Assembly (NCBI GenBank): GCA_017654855.1
Contig: CM030338.1
Location: 1,488,001-1,552,000 of the forward strand
From: Podospora anserina
Lineage: Eukaryota
Length of the DNA: 64,000 nt
Direction of reading: 5' to 3'
Shown here one piece after another: positions 25,520 to 36,378 of the stretch (positions within the stretch are counted from its first letter, which is position 1; every line of letters starts with the position of its first letter). The position numbers and the translations under genes were made by a program. A model generated the notes under the pieces. The model saw nothing but the letters and a program-made list of their open reading frames with translations, had not been told where the DNA came from and ran no database searches.

Positions 25520-26605
25520 CTACCCCATCAACTGCCTAATATCCTCGGGCGGCCACCTCACCTGCGCAAACGTCAAGCACCGCTTGATGCTCTGCAGATA
25601 CTTTCTCGTCACCTCGCTCCCCATGATATGCCCCCTCTCTCCGTTATGGAGCTTTTCTCTTGCGCTACGTTCGTGGATACCAACCATGGTGACACCAATC
25701 GGCCAGGCGGCCTTTCCGATGCTCAGCCGTAGATACCCATCATTGGCATCGACGTATCTCTTTTCCTGGGCGGCCTTGACAATCTCCACGATGGCTTCCA
25801 GGATACTCTCGTCCAGGCCCCCCTTTTCGAAAAGCCGGAATAACGGCGCCATATTTTCCTTGGATGACACCATGGCGTTGATTGCTTGCTGGCCGGCGGT
25901 GGTGTCGGCGTTGTCTTCTCTTGCGAGCGCGGCTTCCCACTCGCGGAGGATCATGTTGAAGTAAGAGGCCAACTGGCGGTAGAGATACTTCCTTGCCTTC
26001 CTGTCGGTAGCTGGAGGGATCTTGTCCGGTACTTTCATGTCCTTTTCCTCGACAGGGAGGAGTTTGGTAGCGATTGGACCTGCAGAAAGAGACTTTGGTC
26101 TGGTAACCTTTCTGTAGCGACGTAACCTTGAAACGTGGGACTCTCCGAACAATATCGCCGGCTGGCCTAGCTCTCGGAGTTTGGACTTGAGTTCATCATC
26201 GGGGATGTCGGTGTGGTCTTGGTCGTCGTCGGAAGAGGCGTCAGAGTCGGGTTTGGGGGTGGCGGAGGAGTCGTCGTCGGTCTTGGGGGGGAGTTCTGGT
26301 AGGCCTAGACGTTTCCTTCGGGCTCGTTCCTCTTCGGCTTCTTTGGCTTCTCTGCGGAGCCGGGATTCCTCGGCGAGTTTCTGGCGTTTCTCCTCGCGGG
26401 CTTTGGCTTCCTCGGCGGCTTCCTCCTCGCGCTTGCGTTTGGCGGCTGCTCTGGCGGCCCGTTGTTCTTCGAGGGCCTTTTGCTCGGCTAGGTAGGCTGC
26501 TTGGCGTTGGGCTTCGGCTTCGCGGCGGGAGATGTACTTTTGGGGTTTTTCCTTTTCTGGTTCTTTCTTGGCTATCTCCTTAGCCATGAGAGAGGCAAAG
26601 TCCAT
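25520..26605 (-). CDS. PRP18: Pre-mRNA splicing factor Prp18
   Basis: 361-aa single ORF with the SFM motif LRELGQPAILFGE and the Prp18 domain YLRLSIGKAAWPIGVTMVGIHERSAREK..TRKYLQSIKRCLTFAQ. Confidence 0.95.
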   Translation of the reverse strand: MDFASLMAKEIAKKEPEKEKPQKYISRREAEAQRQAAYLAEQKALEEQRAARAAAKRKREEEAAEEAKAREEKRQKLAEESRLRREAKEAEEERARRKRLGLPELPPKTDDDSSATPKPDSDASSDDDQDHTDIPDDELKSKLRELGQPAILFGESHVSRLRRYRKVTRPKSLSAGPIATKLLPVEEKDMKVPDKIPPATDRKARKYLYRQLASYFNMILREWEAALAREDNADTTAGQQAINAMVSSKENMAPLFRLFEKGGLDESILEAIVEIVKAAQEKRYVDANDGYLRLSIGKAAWPIGVTMVGIHERSAREKLHNGERGHIMGSEVTRKYLQSIKRCLTFAQVRWPPEDIRQLMG

Positions 26606-27285
26606 GGTGGGTGGTGGGTGGTGTGTTGATATATGGTGTTGGTGATGGGTGGAAGCCTTGTGGTGTGTCCTGGGGGTCGGATATCAGGGTCTAGCGAACC
26701 GTTGGAAGCCGGGGAAAAGGCTGGAAAGGGGGTGTCACACAGCCAAAACAAGAGGTGAGGTTGGAAATGGAGAGATGAGGTTCCGGGAGCTGCAAGTGTT
26801 CGGGGAGTGCTCCGCTAAATAAGGTCGGCCCCAATGTCGTTGCACTAGCGTGATGCGGGAAGAGTGCTGCGCCACGATCTGGACCCACTTTGTTGACGGA
26901 TCGGCACCGGCAGGCAAGGCAGGTACTGAGGTACTCAACACGGACACACCCTGCTTGTGACAAGAACTTCACGCCCCCTGGGCTGGTTGTGGATGATATC
27001 CTCAGTCTCTGATTCCCAAGGTGGCCCGCGAACCGGGGCAGCCGGGTCGAACCTTCAGGCCGGAGTGGAGGAGAGTGAAAGCTTATCTTAGAAGGCGCCT
27101 TCCACCGCTAGGGAAGCCATTGCCCTGGGGCGTGTAACTTAGAATACGCTTTCCGAAGTCCTCAAAATCATGACAAGTCTTGTTTTCTCTCCCATAAAAT
27201 TTCTAAACTTGCCCAAATCATCTTACTACTCGTGCCCCGCGAACAAGGAGCTCTGTAAGCCATCATTGGCAGCCATCTTATCATC

Positions 27286-28087
27286 ATGTCTTCATCAAAT
27301 GGAGCCCAGAAACCAATCCACTCCAGAGTGAAACTTTTCTACCGCATCAATGTTCCCCATGAGTATGTCATCTCAAGACTGTGTATTGTGCTTGATACCG
27401 GTCAGCAAAGCTAACTGCACCTGTGTGATAGGCCAGAAGAATTTATCCAGGACCCCTTGCCTGCCCATGTTGAGCTTGATATCCCAATGACATGGTATGA
27501 CGTCGTCCAACTCTGGCCTTATTAGGCTTGCCAGTCAGCTCAGCTAACATTGTACTCTTGACAGCACAGTCAAAGACCTGGCTGATATCATGAAGAAGAA
27601 CTCGAGAAAAATCTTCCCTTCTCTTTCCGTCGGCACCCGGCTCTGCTTCCGCACTATGGACCGGTCAATTTACAGCACAAAGCCAAAATACCTTCCGTCA
27701 CCTTACGGCAGTTACGTTATCGGTCGAGGTTACCCAGGCATCGATTTACCCGCACGAGACGAGAATGACCCAGCGAGCCCCAAGCCAAAGCTCCGATGGC
27801 TGGATGGCGCTTACATTGTCTGTACCATCTTTCCGCCACTACCCAGCGACGAAGACGAACTCATTGTACCACCTGCGCTGCCGTATAAGATCAGCAGGCT
27901 AGGGCCTGATCAGCCTGGAAAGGGTATCGTAGTAGGGGGTGACCGGACGGCAAATGGAAAGGGAAAAGGACGTGAAGACGAGGATGAGGATCCCCGTCCG
28001 CCGCGCCGCGGCAACACCCGTGTCTCTAAGGGTACGTCAAGGGGACCTACTTCAAGAACGCGGGACAATGATCGCCGAGCTAATTAG
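27286..28087 (+). CDS. Divergent Sin3-associated polypeptide SAP18-like protein; possibly extends to 28456 through an in-frame UAG
   Basis: ATG 27286. Introns 27363-27431 and 27495-27564 give ...VKLFYRINVPHEPEEF..LPAHVELDIPMTCTVKDLAD..PSLSVGTRLCFR..SYVIG..DGAYIVCTIFPPL. This is collinear with the fungal SAP18 pattern as I recall it (LKLFYR..H..EF..LP.H..CTL.EL..GTRL.FR..VIG..DYI.C.I.PP). Confidence 0.72.
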
Positions 28088-29352
28088 GAGTTTGAATCCC
28101 GAGAAGATGCCTCGGGGGGTGGAGTCCACGGTCAGAAGAATGGTGTAGGGGGTTCTGTTGATGAGTTGATAAATTCGGAAGTTGATCGGGAGTGGGAGGC
28201 CTTGAAACGTCAATTGCAAGACAATCCGGAGCGAGCCCTGGATGGCGTATTGGAGATCACAAGGCGTCTAGCCGCGTGTTTTCCTTCGAATGGATCTGGT
28301 ACTAAAGCCAGCAGGGCTGGTCCCAAGAAAGGCGAAGGATCTTCCAACAATACAGCCAAAGCGAGAGATAAAGGCAAGGAAAAAGAAAAGGAGGATCCCA
28401 AGACACCGGAGAGTTGGAAGCCCTATGAATATGACCGTTTCCAGAAGAAGAAATAGCCTGATTGATAAAGGGCCTCTGTTGCGGTATCAAATTCTGTGTT
28501 AGAAACCGCCGCATCACTACACAGCAGCGTAAATCAATCATAGAGCGACGAAGATCACCATAGAGCACCGGCAGAGATCATGTTGTATTTTTAAGATTAC
28601 GATAGATTACATACTGGGGGAAAATGAGGAGTGTGTTTTTCTAGCGCACTGTGTGTAGCCCAGGGCCCTATAAATTGTCTCTGAATGTCTATGAACTATC
28701 TTCCAGAGGCCTATTGATTATTCTGAAGGCCTGGCACAAGGCTGACGTCGACCAGATGTGAGACTCCCGCAACGTCACACCTACCTACTTTCACGCAGCA
28801 AGTATTGGCCATTTCTAAACCACTGGTTTCACACCCTGGACAAAATAGCTGGCACTGCAAGGCAGTAAAACATGGTCAACTGCATACTTTTATGTTTTTA
28901 AACACGAAACATGTCTCTTGGTTGCCTTTTAAGGCCTGTTGGCTATCTTTGGACGAGGTTTGATAATATCTTGAGGCGTGGTTCAACACCCATGTTATCT
29001 GCATCCAGTTACTTTGCGGTGACAGTGATTTTTGTCCAGTGCGTATTTTTTGGCGCCACCAGCCCTTGCTATCTCTATTAGCTGCCTTGAATAACGACGG
29101 CATGTGTGGGTCTGTGACGCAGCGAGAGACACGCTTCACTGTGGAAGTGGTAAACTTTTATATATACGGGATTTGTCTGCCTCAGGCAATGATAACATAT
29201 CCACAGTCACCAAAGCAAAGCACATCATTCTGATCTTGCACCCTAGAAATGGTTCTGTTGTGTAACCCCCTCTGACAGCTTGCTTTGTGTCTGTCTTTGA
29301 CGCCCCCTTCTCATCAAGATATGTACACTTCCCCTCCGCTGACCTCCCACGT

Positions 29353-30152
29353 TTAGCGCTCGGCGAGGAGATCTCCCCTGCGCTTTGCTCGGAGGTCCCA
29401 GGCGCCCTGATGGAAGAAATGATGTTAGGTTCGTATGAAAGTAAGTGAAAGAGTGGGAAACTAACATCCCACTTCCAGCCGATGTAACCCACGATTCCGG
29501 GGATGACAAAGACGTAGAGGGTGGTGAGGAAGCCGGTTCGGGGGGTCCAGCGGAAGTACTTGTAGCGATTGATTTGCATGTCTGTGTGGGAGGTGTTAGA
29601 ACATGTTTTGATGCTGTTTTTCCCACATCCCATGATCCCGAACATGACCGCTTGCTCGCTGAATCCGTTGCTTGCTTCGTTTTGGGGGGGTGTAGGGCCG
29701 TATTTCCCCTTCTTGTGTGTCTAAATATCGAACAATATCTCTCTAGTTGTAGACGTTGTTGTTCGTTTCGCATGACCGCCTCGCCTCACTCTGATCGACA
29801 CTGTCTTCCGCTCAATTTTTCGGCATTGTCCCTCAGATCCGGGAGCTTCGGGTTGTCTTTTCGCATCTCCAGTCTTTTGTCCACCAATCGTTCGTTCCTG
29901 CTGTCGGTCTCTCGTTTCACGGTCGGGTCTCGGTCTCGAATCTGGGGTTGGCGAAGCAGGCGGTCCACGGCCGTCTATCACATCCAGATCTTCCAACAAG
30001 CATAATCAACAGAAACAAGACCACGTACTGTTCAACCGGACAAACGCCGGGTCCATGGCGACCTCTGTTCAGAGCTCCAGTTAGCCTTTCATTCGCACTC
30101 CTCGGGAGGGCCACACTGGGGAGAACAAACTGTGATGCTGGAGGCCGGCCAT
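29353..30152 (-). CDS. NADH:ubiquinone oxidoreductase accessory subunit B15 (NDUFB4-like)
   Basis: Exons joined by introns 30065-30130, 29582-30028, 29407-29465 give MAGLQHHKVAMDPAFVRLNNMQINRYKYFRWTPRTGFLTTLYVFVIPGIVGYIGWKWDGAWDLRAKRRGDLLAER*. It has DPA, FRWTPRT and one TM helix. Confidence 0.88.
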
Positions 30153-31084
30153 TCTGAAATGTGTTTAGTGGCTTGCGCCGGCTGCTACAACTGGGGAAAA
30201 ATGGGGTGGTGGTGCGAGGTTTGGAGGTTGTCGTCAGCGACAAGACACGCTCAGTCGTCAATTGACGTTCTGGATGCTGGCTGTTAGGCGGCTGGCTTGG
30301 CACCCGCCAAGCTGGGGGGGAGGCTGCGGGAGAAGAAAAGTGGGGAGCTAGGCTGGGTCACGTGAATGAGTGGTTTCTCATTTTGTCTCGCAGTTTCAAG
30401 CTGGATGCAATTGGCAGGCAAAACGACGTCTCTGAAGGGTCACAGGTAGGAGCTTCAAAATTGAAGCTCGTTGAGCTTTCTTTGAACCCTTTCCTTTTTC
30501 CCACGTATTCCGTGTTTGGTTGTTCACGGCACAGAGCTTTGGCCAGACCATCACATGCTTTGCTCAGCTCCCCCACCCAAGCTTCCAATCTCTTCGAAAC
30601 CCGGGGACTTGACCGTTGAAATGTTCCATTTGCAATACAACGGCATTGAGGCTCCACGATGAATTGCTTAATCTTCTGAAAAATGAGGCTTGATATTGAT
30701 CCCTTTGTCTCACGATGTGCCACTGGGGCCAAGGCAAGGCTCCGCGTATTCTCGCATGACTTTCCAACCCCCACCACCAATTCCTTCCTGGTTGATCACA
30801 TCTGCAGGCTTACGACACGACAGGGCCGTCGTGGAACTTTGACTGGAGGTATCATCGGCGATTGCTGGCTCAGCCTCGACGCTATTGGCATCGGAATATG
30901 CCTGTTATCACCACCTAAGGAAATGCGGTCAATAACAATATGCCTGGGCTTTTTGATTTTTGGAGATACTACACTACTTGAGACCAACAAAACACTCCGG
31001 GGTTAGTGCCGTGCGGCCTGACACCGGGCTCGGAGGAGGCGCGGGTCCGGCAGAGCCCCAGCGCGGGCGGGGGGGTTAGCGCCA

Positions 31085-31092
31085 TGACGTCA
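31085..31092. promoter_or_regulatory. Possible ATF/CREB (bZIP) site
   Basis: Perfect palindrome TGACGTCA about 700 bp upstream of the hydrolase gene. A single 8-mer could be chance. Confidence 0.3.
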
Positions 31093-31803
31093 AATTGCAA
31101 AGAAGCAACAGCACAACTCGGACGAGGGGGGAAAGAAGCATTCATCAATCAAAAGATTCTGAAAATAGCACTGACGAAATGATGGGCAAAAAGGAAAGAA
31201 GTTGTCAAGTGTTAGGCATCAAAAATACGGGTAGTATCAGACAACGGGGTCCTGCCTGATTGGGTTTTTTGCACCGCCGCGATTATGGGGACTGGGGAGG
31301 AAACACATTTGAATGTTCGCTTCCGCTCATGGAACCCATGGTTGCTGCTGCTGCAATGTTCCAGAAATCGAGACAAAGACCCAATGGCCCGGCCAGAACC
31401 ACGGGGATCGATCTGATCCTTTCAATCCGAGCCATTTACCTAGCCGCATTCAGCCTCTCAGCTTACCATATCACTCAACCCTAAATAACACTGTCTTCGA
31501 AACTGGATACTGTAGGGGACGGCTTTTTCCTTTTCTCTCTTTTCTTCCATCATAAACCTCGACACTTTTTTTTTTCTCACCTCTTTTCCTCTCCTGGATT
31601 GATTTGTCTCTGACATTGGCAGTTCATCCCCATCTCTCATCGATAGGCACCAGCTTCTATCCAATAGTTCCCATTGTTTATTTTTATCCCAACCTGGACT
31701 AACAGCCCCCTGCCAAGCAAAAGGCGCACGCAGCCTTGTTGATGTCGAGCTTGAAGTCCCCTCTTATGCTGAGGCATCTCCCACCACATTTTCCACTCGC
31801 ACA

Positions 31804-34275
31804 ATGACTGCCATGGCAGCAGCACCACCGGTTTCGGCATCTTTGGAGACAGATATGGCTCGGATGACTCTTCCGCCAGTCGTGACGGAATTCCCGCCAC
31901 CACCGGCGCATGAACAGAATGGAGGACCCGCTTCTTCTTCTTCGGATGGCGCGGAGGACGATGACGACTTTGAAGATGATCAGGCCGACGCCCAATCACT
32001 CATGCAGCCGGCTATCAGCCCACTGGCCACGCTTTTTACGTCGCCAAAGACCCCCGCTGCGGAGAGGATGGCGGCTTTTGACCAGATGTCGGGGGGTGGC
32101 ATTTTTGAGAGGATCGAGGACGACCAGAGGCCGGGGATGGCTTCGCTGGATGGGACTTCGAGCCATGACAAACTACCACCACCACCTCCAAGTCATTCGT
32201 CCGAGCCAATGGCTCGGATGGCAGGAGCTACGGAACCAGCAAGTTCTCAGGCTCCTCCCCAACAACAACCCCCTATTGAGCGTATGCCAACACCATGGCA
32301 GGCAGGCCCCAAGCAGTTTCACATCACCGAGCCGGGGAGGTGGTCCTCCATGTCTATGGCCATTAGGAGCCAGTCATCAAGACACAAACGCGCATCTTCA
32401 GTTAGCGAGAATGCTATGCTGAAGAGACTCTCCAAGGCTCTCCCTTCGATATCGATTCCGTCCGGGTTCATGCCTAGCATCCCCACACCGCCCTTCTTTT
32501 CGTCTCACAGTTCCAGCAATAATACCTCACCTCAGAAGGACGAGCGGACGCCGAAAACACCGCAGACTGGTGGGATTCCTGACAGTAGCTCCCAAAGATC
32601 TGGCACCCCCAGGACCTCGTCTCTAAGACGAACAACCTCGGACGACTCACTGCTTTATCACACTCTGTCTCGAGTCTCCTCCCTAGGCGACGACACCCGC
32701 TTCGCCCACGTCCGCGAGCAAGTCAACGTTCGGATGAAGGCCATCCTCGACAGCTTTGAAGGGCCTTCGTTCAAAATGCCTCAGATGCCCAATTTGTTGA
32801 ACACGCCCCTTGTTAAGAAGTCAGCCACGGAGCCTATCTCCTCTTCCACCCCTCACCGCTCCGGCTCTTTGTCAACCACCACTACCGCCCCGCAGGATCC
32901 CTTGGACAAAGTTCTGGAAACCCTAACAGGCGACATCGTCATCATGGGCGGGTACAGGGGTTCGATCCTCCGCTCTGCCAAAGCGCCCCACCGCCGGCTA
33001 TGGGTACCAGTCAAAGTCCAGCTCAACATCCGAAAAGTCAAGCTCGAAGTCGGCCTCGACCCCCAGGATGAGCTGGACATGGGGAAGTCGATTTATGCAG
33101 ATGGGATGCTGAAGAATATCGGTCCAGTGGACATCTCTAAACGACTCTTTAAGCGCTTGAGAGAATGCGAAAACGCGCGAAGCGGAAAGTTGAGAGTTCA
33201 TGATTATGGCTACGACTGGCGGTTGAGTCCACATTTGCTCTCCAAACGACTGGTCAAGTTCCTGGAGGGCCTCCCCTCCAACCGGGCCGGGACTCCACCG
33301 TCGGAGAGGGGGGCGTGGGTGATATCGCACAGTCTGGGCGGGATCATCACCCGTCACGCGGTCAACTCCTCCCCTTCTCTCTTCCGTGGCGTCGTCTATG
33401 TCGGCGTCCCGCAACGGTGTATAAACATCCTCGGGCCCCTCCGCAACGGGGACGCGGTGCTGCTCAACGAAAAGATCCTCACGGCGCACGTAAACTTTTC
33501 CCTGAGGACAACGTTTGTTTTTTTGCCCGAGGACGGGTTTTGTTTTGTGGATAAGGAGACTGGGGAGGAGCACAGGGTTGACTTCTACGACGTGAACGAC
33601 TGGGTTCAATACCGGCTTTGCCCGTCAGTTTCCGAAGCTGCGCTGCCGGCGGTGGGGAAGGGGAGCAATGGGACTTTTAGCTCGTTGTTGAACTTGTCGG
33701 ATTCGTTGGGGAGTTTTCAGCCCTTGAGGAGCAGGAGTAATACGCAGACGAAGCGGGACAGTGGTGTTACGCTGGCGGGGAAGGATAGGAGTTTGGCGCC
33801 GCAGATGGGGTCGTCTGGGGACGATAACAGTCCAGTTGACAGCAACAGTCAGAGCGACAAGGCGAAGAACCTGGCGTATTTGGCGAGGACGCTGGCGGAG
33901 ATCAAGCAGTTTCGTGCGGAGCTCGCACACAACAAGGCTCACCAACAGAGTAATGCTTACCCTCCTTTGGCGGTCATCTACGCAAAGGACATACCCACCA
34001 CGTACGGCTGTCGGGTTTCTGGCCGGGAGGGCATCGCGCACGCTGATGCGTACGATGATCTCATGTTCAGGTCTGGGGATGGGGTGGTGCTGGCAAAGGA
34101 GGCGATGTTGCCGGAGGGATATGAGGTTGTCAAGGGGGGAAGGGTCTGCACGGATAGGGGGCATATCACCATGCTGGGGGATTTGGCTGGGGTGGGGAGG
34201 GCGTTGGAGGCGGTGGTGAGGGGACGACAGAAGGGGATTGGGATGGGGGTGCTGGAGGGGAAAGGGGGTAAATAA
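31804..34275 (+). CDS. Alpha/beta hydrolase, LCAT/phospholipase-like (yeast YJR098C-like)
   Basis: 823-aa ORF. Disordered N-terminus, then IVIMGGYRGSIL, YGYDWRLS, nucleophile elbow SHSLGG, GDGVV and a C-terminal His (RGHITML). Confidence 0.85.
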   Translation: MTAMAAAPPVSASLETDMARMTLPPVVTEFPPPPAHEQNGGPASSSSDGAEDDDDFEDDQADAQSLMQPAISPLATLFTSPKTPAAERMAAFDQMSGGGIFERIEDDQRPGMASLDGTSSHDKLPPPPPSHSSEPMARMAGATEPASSQAPPQQQPPIERMPTPWQAGPKQFHITEPGRWSSMSMAIRSQSSRHKRASSVSENAMLKRLSKALPSISIPSGFMPSIPTPPFFSSHSSSNNTSPQKDERTPKTPQTGGIPDSSSQRSGTPRTSSLRRTTSDDSLLYHTLSRVSSLGDDTRFAHVREQVNVRMKAILDSFEGPSFKMPQMPNLLNTPLVKKSATEPISSSTPHRSGSLSTTTTAPQDPLDKVLETLTGDIVIMGGYRGSILRSAKAPHRRLWVPVKVQLNIRKVKLEVGLDPQDELDMGKSIYADGMLKNIGPVDISKRLFKRLRECENARSGKLRVHDYGYDWRLSPHLLSKRLVKFLEGLPSNRAGTPPSERGAWVISHSLGGIITRHAVNSSPSLFRGVVYVGVPQRCINILGPLRNGDAVLLNEKILTAHVNFSLRTTFVFLPEDGFCFVDKETGEEHRVDFYDVNDWVQYRLCPSVSEAALPAVGKGSNGTFSSLLNLSDSLGSFQPLRSRSNTQTKRDSGVTLAGKDRSLAPQMGSSGDDNSPVDSNSQSDKAKNLAYLARTLAEIKQFRAELAHNKAHQQSNAYPPLAVIYAKDIPTTYGCRVSGREGIAHADAYDDLMFRSGDGVVLAKEAMLPEGYEVVKGGRVCTDRGHITMLGDLAGVGRALEAVVRGRQKGIGMGVLEGKGGK

Positions 34276-34757
34276 AAGAAAGGGAGAAACAGGACAGAAA
34301 AATGATACCCATTGATTAGACCTATAGCGAACCGAGACAATTCAAACAAGAATAAACAGGATGAGGAACCACTCGTGCTCACAGAAGGTAGGACAAGTGC
34401 ATTCACAGATGCTGTATGTTCACCAGACCAAGGCAGTACCTGCTTGATCATAGCCTCGGCATTCCCCCAATGATTGGGTCAGGGGTAAGCTATGTGCTAC
34501 CAGGGTTGATCAAGACAGTACCAGCACATCACTATTCATACATCACTATTCACACATATCATAATATAAAAGAAAGGCATGTATAACTAGCTACTCCAAG
34601 TGCCAATCTGAAAGCCATACTAGCAAGTCCTTTTCTGTAGACCATCCTCCTCAAAAAAAGCGTCCCCGGCAAAAACCAACACCGTAAAGACCCGCGCTCA
34701 ACCTATCCTCCCATAACAGCACACTCAAAGAGAGCTAAAACGCTGCACAACAGCCCC

Positions 34758-36067
34758 TTACTCCTCGTCAGAGTCCTCCTCCGACTCGGCCTCCTCAAGC
34801 CACGTCATAAAAGGCTCGGCAGCCTTGCGGATCTTCTTGGAGGTAGAGCCATCGACATACCTCTTGGAAGACTTGGCACCCCACTTCTTCAAAAAGTCCT
34901 CAGAGGCGAGATCAAAGTGGTAGTAGAGTTGAAGGATCTTGACAATCTTGTCATAGTGCTCCTTGCCGAGCTCGGCCAAAAACTTCTCGGTGCCACCGAG
35001 GAGAGCCTTCTCATGGCGCTCAGAAGTGATCATCTATATCAGGTTAGCATTCTTCCAAATGAATACCATGTAAACAATACACATACAGTCTTGAGCATGC
35101 CTTGGCGCTTGGGAATCTGAGAGAAGATGTTCTCGTTGAAAAGTGTCATGACCAACACAATGAGGGTGCGATGCTTGGCCTCGATGCCGAGCTCCTTGGC
35201 CTTGAGGTAGATCTCGACATCATCCACGTTGTCGACACCTCCCTTGGCGTTGGCCTCAGCCTGGATCCAGTCGGCCAGCTGGTCGTAGACGGTGTTGCCA
35301 CCCTCTCCGTCCTCGTCCTCGTCTTCACCGTTCAGCACGAGCTTCGCCTTGAACTCGTCAGGGAGGACCTGCTGACGAGCCTTGACAGCTTCCTCGCTCA
35401 TGTCAACGGCCCACTCAACCTCCTTGTCGGCAACAGGCTTGCTGTCAAGGTTCTGAGCCTCCTTCTTGATCTTGCGAGTCAAAGCATCATCGTCACTAGC
35501 AATGTCGATGTCCCCGTTGGGGGAGGGCTGGTCAGAGCCGTTCTCCTCTCCGGAACCGTTGTCCTTGCCACCGTTCTGCTTGGCCTTGCGGGCAGCCTTG
35601 CGCTCGGCCTTGTCCTTCTTGGTCTTCTTGGGCACATTCTTGAGAATGAAACCGCTCAACTTGAGGCGCAAATCGACATCGGTGCGCTGACCGCAAGCCT
35701 TGCAGTCGAGCGTGATGTGGCCGTCCTTGATATGGACATCCGTTTCGGGATTCTTGCACTTCTTGCAGAGGACAAACTTGGAGATGAAGCCATCAAGAAG
35801 CTCTTGGAGCTTGTTAGCCTCGTGAGCACCGTTGATGATCCAGCGGTCGTCGGCGGGATCAATGTTGGTCTGGGCACCCAGCTCGAAACCGAAGTACTTG
35901 ATGAGGTAAGAGCCGGGGCGGGCCAGAGACTGAGCAACGCTGCTCAGGTTGACAACAACGGTCTTGATGCCGTTACCCTTGCCTTCGATCTTGGTCTGGA
36001 TACGCTCCATCTTGTAGCGATAGAAATTGTCGGAGACATCGCGACGGACGTTGACGAGAGCAGCCAT
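34758..36067 (-). CDS. TIF5: Eukaryotic translation initiation factor 5
   Basis: [26 protein letters not shown], zinc ribbon [14 protein letters not shown] and W2 domain end [15 protein letters not shown]. Intron 35034-35086. Confidence 0.97.
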
Positions 36068-36200
36068 GATTGCGGTGTTGATGATTTTTTTTTGGTGAAA
36101 AAGACTGAGCTGATGGGCTAGTGACGAGAGAGGTCGTACTGGCGAAGGACAGACAAGCAGATATCGAGTGCTGGCGCGGGTTTGTTGGGGGTTAACGGTG

Positions 36201-36378
36201 TCAGTAAGACGTAGGGTGAGGACTGGACATGTGGTGATGCTGGTGATGATGCTCAAACATGGGCAGAGAGTCAACCGTCGGAACTGGTGTTGGGACTACA
36301 AGGTTTCGGCGCTATGCGAAACGGATGCAGCTTTGGGGGGAAGTGTCGAGAGACGGAGTCCTTGTCGTGCTGATACAT
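36201..36378 (-). promoter_or_regulatory. Upstream ORFs with poor-context AUGs in the eIF5 leader
   Basis: uAUGs tttATGt (36378, stop 36271), cccATGt (36260) and cacATGt (36230; shared stop 36201). The main AUG is atcATGg. Confidence 0.7.

Noticed and set aside
35102-36121. 339-aa plus-strand ORF antisense to eIF5
   Set aside because: Same antisense codon-bias artefact.
36068-36274. In-frame N-terminal extension of eIF5 from TTG 36274
   Set aside because: No AUG, not protein-like, and the conserved eIF5 N-terminus starts at the good-context ATG 36067.
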